Source: Cyanobacteria bacterium auto_48_18 (GTDB taxonomy: Bacteria > Cyanobacteriota > Vampirovibrionia > Obscuribacterales > Obscuribacteraceae). From it: DNA of 64,000 nt. The number at the start of each line of letters is the position of its first letter. Within the stretch, counting starts at the first letter, position 1. Of this stretch, positions 9,134 through 17,923 are shown in pieces. Position numbers and translations under genes: made by a program. The notes beneath the pieces are model-generated. The model did no database searches, was not told the DNA's origin, and worked only from the letters and a program-made list of their open reading frames with translations. The stretch covers positions 383,420 to 447,419 of the forward strand of contig JAVHQC010000022.1 in the NCBI GenBank assembly GCA_036170915.1, written 5' to 3'.

Positions 9134-9877
9134 ATGAAAGCGTCTTACGCTTTATACCTGGCGATTTTAGCTTGCGCCATAGCAGGTGATGTTTCATTAG
9201 CTCAGTCGCCTGGGGGAGAGCGCAGTAAAGTGGAGGCTCAGCTCGGAGCACCACAGGCGATGCGCGGTGCTGCTGGTATGAGTAATATGAGTGGCATGGG
9301 TGGTCGCGGCATAATTGCAAGTGGCCCCGGACACTGTGGACCAGGCGGGCCAGGTGGATTCGGTGGAATTGGTGGCCATCACGGGCCTGGTGTGCCGGAT
9401 ATGGCTTTCATTAAGAGCCTTCAGCTGACTGACGCTCAACGCGAGCAATTGCACGCGATTCGTGAGCAAGTGCATCTTGCTGCTGCTTCTCGGCATGTGG
9501 AGATTATGAAATTGCAGCATCAGCTAATGGAAGGTGTTTCCAGCGGCGCTCTGGGAAAAACCCAGGCGCTGGATCTGCAGTCGCAGATAAATGTGCTGGA
9601 GAGTGCCGGTCGCAATGAGCGAGTTGCTTTAATGGTCGATATCGGTAATGTGTTTACTCCGGAGCAGCGCAAATTGATGCGCAAGCACATGCTCGAACAT
9701 GAGCCGATCATGCCTGGTGGACCTCCGATGGGACCGATGGGCGGGCCTCCTATGGGACCAATGGGGCTAATGGACGGGCCAATGGAAATGGCACCACCAC
9801 CTATGGCTATGGGCGGGCCTATGGGTGGACCTCCAATGGACGGGCTTCCAATGGGTGGGCCAATGGGCGAACCTTAG
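9134..9877 (+). CDS. Spy/CpxP-family periplasmic protein with Met/Gly/Pro-rich tails
   Basis: Signal peptide, two LTxxQ-type motifs (LTDAQREQL, FTPEQRKL), SD AAGGAGG; divergent from the response regulator/kinase pair. Confidence 0.8.
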   Translation: MKASYALYLAILACAIAGDVSLAQSPGGERSKVEAQLGAPQAMRGAAGMSNMSGMGGRGIIASGPGHCGPGGPGGFGGIGGHHGPGVPDMAFIKSLQLTDAQREQLHAIREQVHLAAASRHVEIMKLQHQLMEGVSSGALGKTQALDLQSQINVLESAGRNERVALMVDIGNVFTPEQRKLMRKHMLEHEPIMPGGPPMGPMGGPPMGPMGLMDGPMEMAPPPMAMGGPMGGPPMDGLPMGGPMGEP

Positions 9878-9916
9878 TAGAAAACCCAATTTAACTTTCG
9901 ACTTTAAGCATGCCTT

Positions 9917-9958
9917 GGCTGCCGGTCTCAATCAGCTCACTGAGCGAGACCGGTGGCT
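9917..9958 (+). terminator. Stable stem-loop after the CpxP-like gene (terminator or processing hairpin)
   Basis: GGCTGCCGGTCTC pairs with GAGACCGGTGGCT (with G-U pairs) around an inner GCTCA/TGAGC repeat; no clear U-tract. Confidence 0.4.
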
Positions 9959-10005
9959 TGCGCCTGCGCACAAGTAAATCGGCCGCATTAATTCAGAAAC
10001 ACACT

Positions 10006-11202
10006 ATGAGTATTTTGACGCAAGAACCTCCCATTAAGTTAGCTGCTGTTCGAACGGCTTCTACAGTCACTCAGAAGCAGCGCTTCGAGTGCCTCACCGC
10101 ACTCAGATTCTTTCCTCTTTTTTGTGTAGTTTTTCACCACAGCCAAGACACTTTCGCATGCTTAAAAACAGTTGGCGAATCTTACAATTTGTCGCAAGCT
10201 TCTGCCTTCTTCTTTGTCTTTTCGGGATTCATTCTTGCTCACAACTACATGCAGCTTGAAGGCACAAAAGACACCTGTCGATTCTATTTGTCTCGCTTGT
10301 CGCGCATCTGGCCATCACATGTTCTATGCCTGTTTTTGCTCATTGCCTTGTTGCCCGAAGTTTTTAAGGTGACGAATGCACAGCTGCCAATGTTCTTCAG
10401 CAACCTGTTCTTAGTGCAAGCATGGGTGCCATCATGGAACGTATATTTTTCGTATAACGCACCATCTTGGACATGCTCAACACTGGTTGCACTCTATCTT
10501 GGCTTCCCGTTTCTGGCTAAGGCTGTAAAGAAATGCTGGTATCTCGTAGTTGCTGGAGCCGCGGCTTTAGTGCTTTTGTCTATAGTTCTGTGCAATGTTC
10601 TTCAACTACCTGAGTGTCAGGCAAGAGGCTGGTCTGAACTTGGAGTTGTGCACATTCATCCGCTCTCTCGCCTGTTTGAGTTCGTCATCGGTATGGTTGC
10701 GGCCTTCTTTTTCAGATCCATTGCAAAACGAATCAGGCCCGGCGTTTTCTATGCTACAGCTCTGGAAGTAAGTGCCATAGCGCTAGTTTGGTGGTTAAAT
10801 CTGAACACAATAACTGTCAGATCGTTTTCTATTCCGTTGCTCACCAATGCCGGCTCTTTATGGCTGGCCAATAGCGGAATTCCCGTAATTCCCTGTGCCA
10901 TATTGATTATGATATTGGCGCTTCAACGCGGCCTGGTATCAAGTTTGCTAAACCACCGGGTTTTTGTTGTGCTTGGCGAAATCAGCTTTTCCATGTTCTT
11001 ACTGCACGGAGTATTCTTGGCACATCATCAAGTCAGGTATCCGCAGATGAATACATCACAAGATGCCGCCTTCTTCTTGCTTGGTCTACTGCTTGCTTCT
11101 TGCCTGATGACAGTACTGTTCGAAAAACCAGTGCGCAAGTTTTCATTGAAATTTGCTGATAACTTTCTATCGTTGAAAAAAGCAGAAAGTGGGGCGCTAT
11201 AA
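10006..11202 (+). CDS. Acyltransferase family 3 (OafA/YrhL-like membrane O-acyltransferase)
   Basis: LTALRFF...VVFHH, FFVFSGFIL, RLSRIWP, NAPSWT, LGEISFSMFLLH, FEKP motifs. Start at 10006 preferred over 9910. Confidence 0.88.
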   Translation: MSILTQEPPIKLAAVRTASTVTQKQRFECLTALRFFPLFCVVFHHSQDTFACLKTVGESYNLSQASAFFFVFSGFILAHNYMQLEGTKDTCRFYLSRLSRIWPSHVLCLFLLIALLPEVFKVTNAQLPMFFSNLFLVQAWVPSWNVYFSYNAPSWTCSTLVALYLGFPFLAKAVKKCWYLVVAGAAALVLLSIVLCNVLQLPECQARGWSELGVVHIHPLSRLFEFVIGMVAAFFFRSIAKRIRPGVFYATALEVSAIALVWWLNLNTITVRSFSIPLLTNAGSLWLANSGIPVIPCAILIMILALQRGLVSSLLNHRVFVVLGEISFSMFLLHGVFLAHHQVRYPQMNTSQDAAFFLLGLLLASCLMTVLFEKPVRKFSLKFADNFLSLKKAESGAL

Positions 11203-12180
11203 ACCTTTAGCAGAATAGCTTTTGGATGATTCAATGCTTTTGGTGTCCACTGCTTCAAAGGCTGCACCAGTTAAACGCTTAAATTGATTAAGCGTGTCGT
11301 TGTTCCAGCGTTCATCCGGAGTACCACTCAAAAACCAGTTACTGCCGTTGTCGGCAAGGATCATTCCATATTTCTTCAGTGTTCGAAGAATTACTTGGTT
11401 CTCTGGACTGTAGTTTTCAATTGAAAAGTCTTTTCTCAGCCGGAAGCGTTTACCCATTGGTGGCAGCTCCGAGCTCGTCTTATTGGAAGCGGCATGGGTG
11501 GCCGGCCAAACGTAAACATTGCGAGTATTTTGAACCGTAAATCTGATTGCGTGGCCCAGGTCGCCGCTCGTTTTGACAGCTTCCATAAGCTCATCATATT
11601 GCACCAGCCCTGGTGCAATTGGAAGCCCCGCAGCATCTGCAGATGTCCAACCGTCAGGTCGAGTGTCGTTCTTTGTCAAATCGAAAATGGCGCCGGAACC
11701 AGCTTCGAAACTTTTTGCACTGGGTCTGACGTCGAACATCTCATATAGCATTTTCTTAGCGGGATCAAGAACGATCGCATGGCGATCGCTTCCACCTTCG
11801 ATTTTCAAGTTTGCCGGAATCGGATAAGGTCCTTTGTCACTCTCATCGGAATAATCGAATTTTGGCTGAACCCACTTTACCGTTGCCCGTCCATCAAGCA
11901 CTGTAAGCACTGTAATTGGAATACCAATGGGAGAGCCGTCGTAAGTTCCGGAACCAAAATCAAGATGCAGGCCTTTATCAGCACCGATGGAACTAATGTA
12001 ATTGGCCGAATGAGAATCGACAGGCAAGCGATCGATTGGAACCTTCCAGACGTTATTGCTCGGCATTAGTGATGCAACTGACGACCTGGTTTGTAACCCC
12101 TCGCCTGGTGATGAAAAAGAAGGTGCGCAGGCACTGAATAGCGCCAACGTGATTGCTAAAGACAGTGACACCGGCCTCAC
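11197..12180 (-). CDS. Secreted conserved hypothetical protein
   Basis: Signal peptide or lipobox-like N-terminus; blocks ESDKGPYPIP, GSDRHAIV, WTSADAAGLPIAPGLVQYDE, HAIRFT, LKKYGMILADNG typical of a widespread uncharacterised family. Confidence 0.7.
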   Translation of the reverse strand: MRPVSLSLAITLALFSACAPSFSSPGEGLQTRSSVASLMPSNNVWKVPIDRLPVDSHSANYISSIGADKGLHLDFGSGTYDGSPIGIPITVLTVLDGRATVKWVQPKFDYSDESDKGPYPIPANLKIEGGSDRHAIVLDPAKKMLYEMFDVRPSAKSFEAGSGAIFDLTKNDTRPDGWTSADAAGLPIAPGLVQYDELMEAVKTSGDLGHAIRFTVQNTRNVYVWPATHAASNKTSSELPPMGKRFRLRKDFSIENYSPENQVILRTLKKYGMILADNGSNWFLSGTPDERWNNDTLNQFKRLTGAAFEAVDTKSIESSKSYSAKGL

Positions 12181-12938
12181 TTGGTTGGTGGCTTCTTAAA
12201 GCTGTAATCCAAAAGTTGCGACTCCGAATCCATCGTTGCTGATGTTGCTGCGGTCTTGACCAAGCCTATGTAGTTTGCATACCAATAGCTCATGTTGATT
12301 GGCTGCCCGCCCTGGGTTCCGGTGACATTCACCTTCATTGCCTGAAACTTTCCTGCGGGCGTAACTACTTCTTCCGGCCCAGAAACTGTAGACATGTTAT
12401 CGATCTCGACGCCCATGTTTCCTTTCCCCTTCCAGGGCCAGGTCTCATCTTTCTTGGGTGGGTTCGTCAACAGCACACGTTCAGGAGAGAACTGAACTTT
12501 CATTTTTTCATCGTCACTGTATTGTTCTTTGTTCCAGACAACCTTGCCCTTCGCCTTTGTATACCATTCGTGGATCGTTTTCATAGTAGGGCTAGTGGTA
12601 TCAAGCTGCCACAGGATTGTTTCATCGGGCTGCTTCTCAGCGTTGATCACTTGAATTTTGAAATCTTCAGGTTTCTTCTCTATTGGCTTGCCGTTGACGT
12701 TGCATTTAACGTACGTGTATTTCCACCACCACTCAATCGGCTTGCCTTCTGAATCTTTGATGCGCACTGGATAGTAATCTGGCGGCGGCGGCACTCTCTT
12801 TGTGACAACAGGCTTCGCTGCATTGGCGCTTACCGTCGTTATTGCGGATACTGCTAATGCTGAAATTAGGATTCGTTTGATCATAATTTTGCCACCTGAT
12901 GTTGAGAGCAATAAGTGAACTAGTGAAAGAGAAGTCAT
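12177..12938 (-). CDS. Secreted beta-rich hypothetical protein (TapB/DUF3108-like); real start probably MIKRIL at about 12884
   Basis: Signal peptide, EEVVTPAGKF and YWYANYIGLVK motifs; GTGA coupling to the downstream gene. Confidence 0.6.
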   Translation of the reverse strand: MTSLSLVHLLLSTSGGKIMIKRILISALAVSAITTVSANAAKPVVTKRVPPPPDYYPVRIKDSEGKPIEWWWKYTYVKCNVNGKPIEKKPEDFKIQVINAEKQPDETILWQLDTTSPTMKTIHEWYTKAKGKVVWNKEQYSDDEKMKVQFSPERVLLTNPPKKDETWPWKGKGNMGVEIDNMSTVSGPEEVVTPAGKFQAMKVNVTGTQGGQPINMSYWYANYIGLVKTAATSATMDSESQLLDYSFKKPPTK

Positions 12939-12944
12939 TCTACA

Positions 12945-14615
12945 TTGTTTGGTAAAATTGGCGAGATTCCTTCTGCAATGAACTCTCCAATTTTTATGTC
13001 ATTGACCAAACAAGACAAATCAGCTCTCCGCGCTACGATATTCCGCCATTTAGACGGCATAGCGACGGCGCCTACTGCCTACACCTTGCTTGAGAAGGGT
13101 GTTTTACAGCACCTGCTCGATCACAAATCGGCAGATGTGACTGAATTGGCTTCTAAATTCAAGGCCAATGAGGGATACCTCAATGTTGCTTTGCGCATAT
13201 TGTCCTCACAAGGCTGGCTCGATGCCAAAGTTGACAATGTCAACAATACGATTCAATACAGCGTCAATGCCAAGAGTGCCGTTGCCTTTGAATATTGCCG
13301 TCTCTACAAAGATGTAGTGACGCTGCTTCGCCTTTCTGGCCAGTTTCACAGGCGCAAATTCGAAAGAGCCCCCTTTACCGTGCTGGAGAGTATTTTTAAA
13401 AAATACAGAGAGAATTTTGGCATTGAATTTTCAAGCGACCCTGAGACCCGGTGCATTCAAGAACAAGTGTTGATGCATATTGAAGGCATTGCCATCGGCC
13501 CAACCATCGTCTCACTTGGCATGGGTGGAATGTTTCACAAGTACTTCATGGAAGCATCGTTTAAGGCAGAAGAGTTTCATGAAGACGCAGAAAGTTTCGG
13601 CAAGATTCTCGATTTCTTTGCCTTTTTAGGCTGGTTTGAGAAGAAGGCCGAGACATACAGATTCACCGAAAAGGGCTTATTTTTTGCCCGCAGGGCCAGC
13701 GCTTACGGCGTGACAGTTTCCTATATTCCTACTTTCCGCAATCTCGAAGAACTCATATTCGGCAATGCCGAAATTTTGACGAACACCAAACCCGAATTAC
13801 CCGAGCTACACGTAGACCGAGAAATGAACGTCTGGGGCAGTGGCGGGGCGCACATGAGTTATTTCAAAAAGATTGACGAGATCATCATCGAGTTGTTTAA
13901 CGGTCCTCTCGACGAGCAGCCAAAGGGCATTGTCGACATTGGCTGCGGTAATGGAGCATTTTTGCAGCATATTTTCGAGGTGATCTCTCAGCGCACGCTG
14001 CGCGGGAAGGTGCTTGAAGATTACCCTTTGCTGCTGGTTGGTGTCGACTACAACGAAGTCGCCCTTCGCGTTACTCGTGCCAACCTTTCCAAAGCCGATA
14101 TCTGGGCCAAAGTTACTTGGGGCGACATCGGCCGACCCGATCTTCTGGCCCGGGACCTCAAGGACAACTATGGAATCGCGCTCGAAGATCTGCTCAATGT
14201 GCGCACCTTCCTTGATCACAACCGACCATGGGAGCAACCTGCCCTGCCGCTGGAAGGTCGTGTCAGTCGATCTACCGGAGCCTTCTGTTTTCACGGTCGG
14301 AGGTTGAACAATAACGAAGTAGAAGCGGGCCTGTTAGAGCATTTCCGGCGCTGGGAGCCCTTTGTGCGTCGCTTTGGACTTCTGGTCATCGAACTGCACA
14401 CTGTCTCACCTGAGCTTGCTTCTACAAATATTGGTCTTACATCAGCCACTGCATATGATGCTACCCATGGGTTCTCAGATCAGTACATCCTTGAGGTTGA
14501 CGTCTTTAATCAAATCGCTGCCGAAGCAGGGCTGCACCCAGATCTAGCGCATTTTTGCACGTTTCCTCAATCAAATTTGGCCACGGTGAGCATCAATTTG
14601 TTGAAGGGCAAGTAA
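12945..14615 (+). CDS. Class I SAM-dependent methyltransferase resembling AprA MT1, with N-terminal winged-helix region
   Basis: SAM motif VDIGCGNG; HVDREMNVWGSG, RTFLDHNR, IELH and AYDATHGFSDQY blocks. Confidence 0.8.
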   Translation: MFGKIGEIPSAMNSPIFMSLTKQDKSALRATIFRHLDGIATAPTAYTLLEKGVLQHLLDHKSADVTELASKFKANEGYLNVALRILSSQGWLDAKVDNVNNTIQYSVNAKSAVAFEYCRLYKDVVTLLRLSGQFHRRKFERAPFTVLESIFKKYRENFGIEFSSDPETRCIQEQVLMHIEGIAIGPTIVSLGMGGMFHKYFMEASFKAEEFHEDAESFGKILDFFAFLGWFEKKAETYRFTEKGLFFARRASAYGVTVSYIPTFRNLEELIFGNAEILTNTKPELPELHVDREMNVWGSGGAHMSYFKKIDEIIIELFNGPLDEQPKGIVDIGCGNGAFLQHIFEVISQRTLRGKVLEDYPLLLVGVDYNEVALRVTRANLSKADIWAKVTWGDIGRPDLLARDLKDNYGIALEDLLNVRTFLDHNRPWEQPALPLEGRVSRSTGAFCFHGRRLNNNEVEAGLLEHFRRWEPFVRRFGLLVIELHTVSPELASTNIGLTSATAYDATHGFSDQYILEVDVFNQIAAEAGLHPDLAHFCTFPQSNLATVSINLLKGK

Positions 14616-14646
14616 GGCAAGGGTAAAGGGCGGTACTTTCCCTGCC
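14616..14646 (+). terminator. Putative terminator hairpin after the methyltransferase
   Basis: GGCAAGGGTAAAG...CTTTCCCTGCC imperfect inverted repeat right after TAA; a second hairpin ACCACC-AGC-GGTGGT follows. Confidence 0.4.
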
Positions 14647-14810
14647 TAGTGACACCACCAGCGGTGGTAACTACGGATGAAGTAGATCAGTTGCATCGAA
14701 CTTATTTCTTGAAGAATTTGGAACCTTTTCGTGTATTTTCGTGTGAAGTGGAACTGCGGTGATACAATTACCACTAAGTGACGTTTTAAAGAAGCTTTTG
14801 GAGCCGACAA

Positions 14811-16358
14811 ATGGAAATCAAACTCCAAAAACCGTCCATGTTTCAGGGATGTGCCCTCGCCTCGGGCACAAGTCTTGCCGGACTTGCAGCGCTTGTCCAT
14901 GCATTTGACGTTCAGGCGCCAGTTAGAAAACCTGCTTGTATTTCAGAGCAAAACATAAAAGGTCATATAAAGGAGATTCCTGGCTGGCAAATTTACAGCA
15001 AGCGATATGAGCTCGAACCCACCATTGAAGCCCATCTTAATTTTGCAATGCGATACGAAAGCCTGGATTTACTTGTTCTAAAGCGGATATTCTTGGCCCT
15101 GCCACCTCAAGCTGTAGAGAGCTATGTAAAGTCTGCTCCAACAAGCGTACTGACGCGTCGCGCTTGGTATTTGTATGAATTTCTGACGGGCAAGACGCTA
15201 AGTGTCACGGATGCGCCTAATGTCACCTCCGTTGACTTGCTTGATACAGACGAATACTTCACCAGATCTGGTGGCAAATTGTCACGCCGCCACAAGGTGC
15301 GTGACAATCTCTTAGGCACGGCTCGTTTTTGCCCAATAATCAGAAAGACTGATGTGCTGAGGTCTTACGTTGAAAGTGACCTTTCGAAAACCGCTCTGGC
15401 TGTGATTGGACGCGTGAGCAAAGCAATGGCAGGTAGAGCAGCTAGCTTTCTACTCTTAGCTGACAGTAAGGCAAGTTTTCAAATTGAAGGAGAACGGCCG
15501 CCGCGAAATCGAATCGAACGGTGGGGGCGAGCCGTAATGCAGGCAGGCAAAAACCCTTTAACTTTAGACGAACTGATTAGGCTTCACGGAATTCTTCTTG
15601 AGGACAACCGTTTTGTCATGGGCGGATTGCGTACCGAAGGCGTTTTTCTCGGCGAACATAGTCATGACGGTGAGCCGCTTCCTGAGTTCATCGGAGCCAA
15701 GTCAGAGGATCTTGTTGATTTGATGAACTCTTTAATTGAGACCAATGCAAGCATGAAGCAGGGTGGTTTGGATCCTGTCCTCCAAGCCGCGGTGACTGCC
15801 TTTGGATTTGTCTTCGTTCATCCCTTCGCTGACGGTAACGGAAGACTCCACCGATGTTTAATTCATCACACTCTCGCCGACCGACAGTTCACACCGCCTG
15901 AAATGTTGTTCCCTGTGTCATCAGTAATGCTTGATTGGATAGACAAATATCGCAAAACACTTCAAGAGCATTCTGCTCGTCTTATGAATTTCATTGAATG
16001 GAGTTCGACTGCAAAAGGCAACGTCGAAATTCTGAACGACACCGCTGATTTATATAGATTTTTCGATTGTACTCAAGCCGCAGAGTTCCTATACAGCTGC
16101 GTTCAGCGAACTATCGAGTCTGATCTTCCTCGAGAAATTGACTATTTAACGCGCAGGGACGAAGCAGTTAGGAATATTATGGATCTCGTTGAGATGCCGG
16201 ATCTTATGGCAGACCAGTTTGCAATTTTCGTGCACAGGAATCATGGCAAACTTCCTAGCAATCGACGGCAAAAAGAATTCGCAGCGTTAAAGGAAGAAGA
16301 GCTGTTGGAATTAGAAGAAATTGTTCGAACTGCTTTTGATGGTTTTAGCATCAGCTGA
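14811..16358 (+). CDS. Fic/DOC family protein with long N-terminal extension
   Basis: Canonical Fic motif HPFADGNGRLHR; SKASFQIEGE helix may be the autoinhibitory motif. Confidence 0.9.
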   Translation: MEIKLQKPSMFQGCALASGTSLAGLAALVHAFDVQAPVRKPACISEQNIKGHIKEIPGWQIYSKRYELEPTIEAHLNFAMRYESLDLLVLKRIFLALPPQAVESYVKSAPTSVLTRRAWYLYEFLTGKTLSVTDAPNVTSVDLLDTDEYFTRSGGKLSRRHKVRDNLLGTARFCPIIRKTDVLRSYVESDLSKTALAVIGRVSKAMAGRAASFLLLADSKASFQIEGERPPRNRIERWGRAVMQAGKNPLTLDELIRLHGILLEDNRFVMGGLRTEGVFLGEHSHDGEPLPEFIGAKSEDLVDLMNSLIETNASMKQGGLDPVLQAAVTAFGFVFVHPFADGNGRLHRCLIHHTLADRQFTPPEMLFPVSSVMLDWIDKYRKTLQEHSARLMNFIEWSSTAKGNVEILNDTADLYRFFDCTQAAEFLYSCVQRTIESDLPREIDYLTRRDEAVRNIMDLVEMPDLMADQFAIFVHRNHGKLPSNRRQKEFAALKEEELLELEEIVRTAFDGFSIS

Positions 16359-17444
16359 CTGTTGCCAACAGTCAAAGGCCAACCGGGCAAAGGCAGCAAT
16401 GGCTTTTTCGCGCTCCGCCAATGGCTTGGTGGAATTTTTGACGAAAACAGCGATGCATAAATGCCCTTTATGGTTGGGCAAAGTAATGATGCCAGCATCA
16501 TTGGTGGCGGCATTGATACCGTCTGTAGTGTCCCATGTACCGGTTTTGTGAGCGACGATGGTACCCGCCGGTAAATCGCCTTTGAGTCTGCCCGGACCTG
16601 TTGCCGTCTTCTCCATGATTGCTAGTAAATACTTTGTAGTCTCCGGCTTTAAAAGTTTGCCTTTGTATAATTTTTCCAGCAGGTCGGTTATTGCCGCTGG
16701 TGTCATTGTATTTTCTGGGTCTTCCCTAAATTTCTCTGCGGCCTTGCTTTTTTCTGCTTTCGGTATGGCTGCTACGAGTTTGTCAATTCTGTCTTTGTTC
16801 CACCATTCGGTTATCTTTTCTTTGACACCGCTATAGTCGAGAATGAGCTGGCACTCTGTGTTTTTAACATGTATCGATGTGCAACCTGCCGCGTCCAAGA
16901 ACGCTTGGACAGCTTTTGGGCCGCCGGCTTTCTCTAATAGAATGGCATCGGCAGTGGTATCACTCTGGCAAATTGATTGTTCAAGCAAATCGTTGTAGCT
17001 GACGTCTAAACCTGCGGCTGGAAAATTTTTGATTAGTGGGCTGTGAGCGACGGGAAATATGTCTTTGGCTGAGAGATGAATTATGTCTTTCAGCTTGTAC
17101 TTTCCCTCGTCTACCAATTTAAGAAATGCAATTGCTTCGACTAATTTGACCACGCTCGCCGTGGGAAAGACATCATCGGCTTTGTACTGCATCGACTGGC
17201 CCGATTCTAAATGCACCACCGATGCGCCAAGAATGCCACCGCTCTGTCGCTCAATTTTTAGAAATGGCGTCTTGAGCTCTGCACCTTTTGATTGCACTGA
17301 GCCGGTTGAGTCTGATTTTGCAGAGGTGTAAGCAGTGGTAGTCAGAACTATAATTCCGGCGGTCACACTGACTGTTAAGGCTTTCGATAAAGAGATCATC
17401 AGTTGCGTTTTGCACTCTTGCTTTGTTGGGTCTTTCCACCGCAT
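16311..17444 (-). CDS. Class A serine beta-lactamase-like protein; start probably at about 17399
   Basis: FPTASVVK (SxxK), SDT in place of SDN, Glu in KNTE, VAHKTG, ATNDAGII; signal peptide. Confidence 0.88.
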   Translation of the reverse strand: MRWKDPTKQECKTQLMISLSKALTVSVTAGIIVLTTTAYTSAKSDSTGSVQSKGAELKTPFLKIERQSGGILGASVVHLESGQSMQYKADDVFPTASVVKLVEAIAFLKLVDEGKYKLKDIIHLSAKDIFPVAHSPLIKNFPAAGLDVSYNDLLEQSICQSDTTADAILLEKAGGPKAVQAFLDAAGCTSIHVKNTECQLILDYSGVKEKITEWWNKDRIDKLVAAIPKAEKSKAAEKFREDPENTMTPAAITDLLEKLYKGKLLKPETTKYLLAIMEKTATGPGRLKGDLPAGTIVAHKTGTWDTTDGINAATNDAGIITLPNHKGHLCIAVFVKNSTKPLAEREKAIAAFARLAFDCWQQSADAKTIKSSSNNFF

Positions 17445-17470
17445 GATTCTAGCAATTTCGCCCAGGGTTA

Positions 17471-17531
17471 TTGACGCATGGCCAACTCATATCGTATAGT
17501 TAACTCATAGGTTAATTAACTCATTGGTAAA
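17471..17531 (+). promoter_or_regulatory. Sigma70 promoter plus tandem ArsR-type operators
   Basis: TTGACG (17471-17476), 18 nt, TATAGT (17495-17500); then TTAACTCATAGGTTAA (17500-17515) and TTAACTCATTGGTAAA (17516-17531), two imperfect palindromes ahead of the ATG. Confidence 0.7.
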
Positions 17532-17533
17532 CT

Positions 17534-17923
17534 ATGCTTGAAGACAGTCTCAGTCAAACTTTCTCGGCATTAGCTGATCCGACCAGGCGAGCAATGTTAG
17601 CTCAGTTAAGAGTGGGTGAGTCTAGCGTTTCTGAGCTAGCGAAGCCACACAACATGTCGCTGCCTGCTGTCACGAAGCACATCAAAGTTTTGGAGAAGGC
17701 TGGCCTGATCACTAAAACGAAAGAGGCTCAATGGCGGCCGTGCAAGTTAAAAGAAGATGGCTTAAAAGAAGCAGCCGATTGGATAGAAGAGTATCGAGTT
17801 TATTGGGAAGCGACTTTCGATCGTCTTGAGGTCTACCTCAAAACCGTGACTGCGGAAAATGACGTGAAAGACAATCACGAGAAGCAACGAAGGAAAGGAA
17901 AGAAAGATGTCCGCAAAAAATGA
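17534..17923 (+). CDS. ArsR/SmtB family HTH regulator
   Basis: FSALADPTRRAML...SVSELAKPHNMSLPAVTKHIKVLEKAGLI. Confidence 0.92.
   Translation: MLEDSLSQTFSALADPTRRAMLAQLRVGESSVSELAKPHNMSLPAVTKHIKVLEKAGLITKTKEAQWRPCKLKEDGLKEAADWIEEYRVYWEATFDRLEVYLKTVTAENDVKDNHEKQRRKGKKDVRKK

Noticed and set aside
9710..9870. Repeats in the CpxP-like tail, the (TANA)4 repeat and the GMC Thr/Ser tract as CRISPR arrays
   Set aside because: All are in-frame, degenerate at third codon positions and lack unique spacers; no cas genes in the window.
14646..14900. 84-aa minus-strand ORF or a tRNA between the methyltransferase and Fic genes
   Set aside because: The ORF overlaps the Fic start and has no recognisable motif; the hairpins do not form a cloverleaf.
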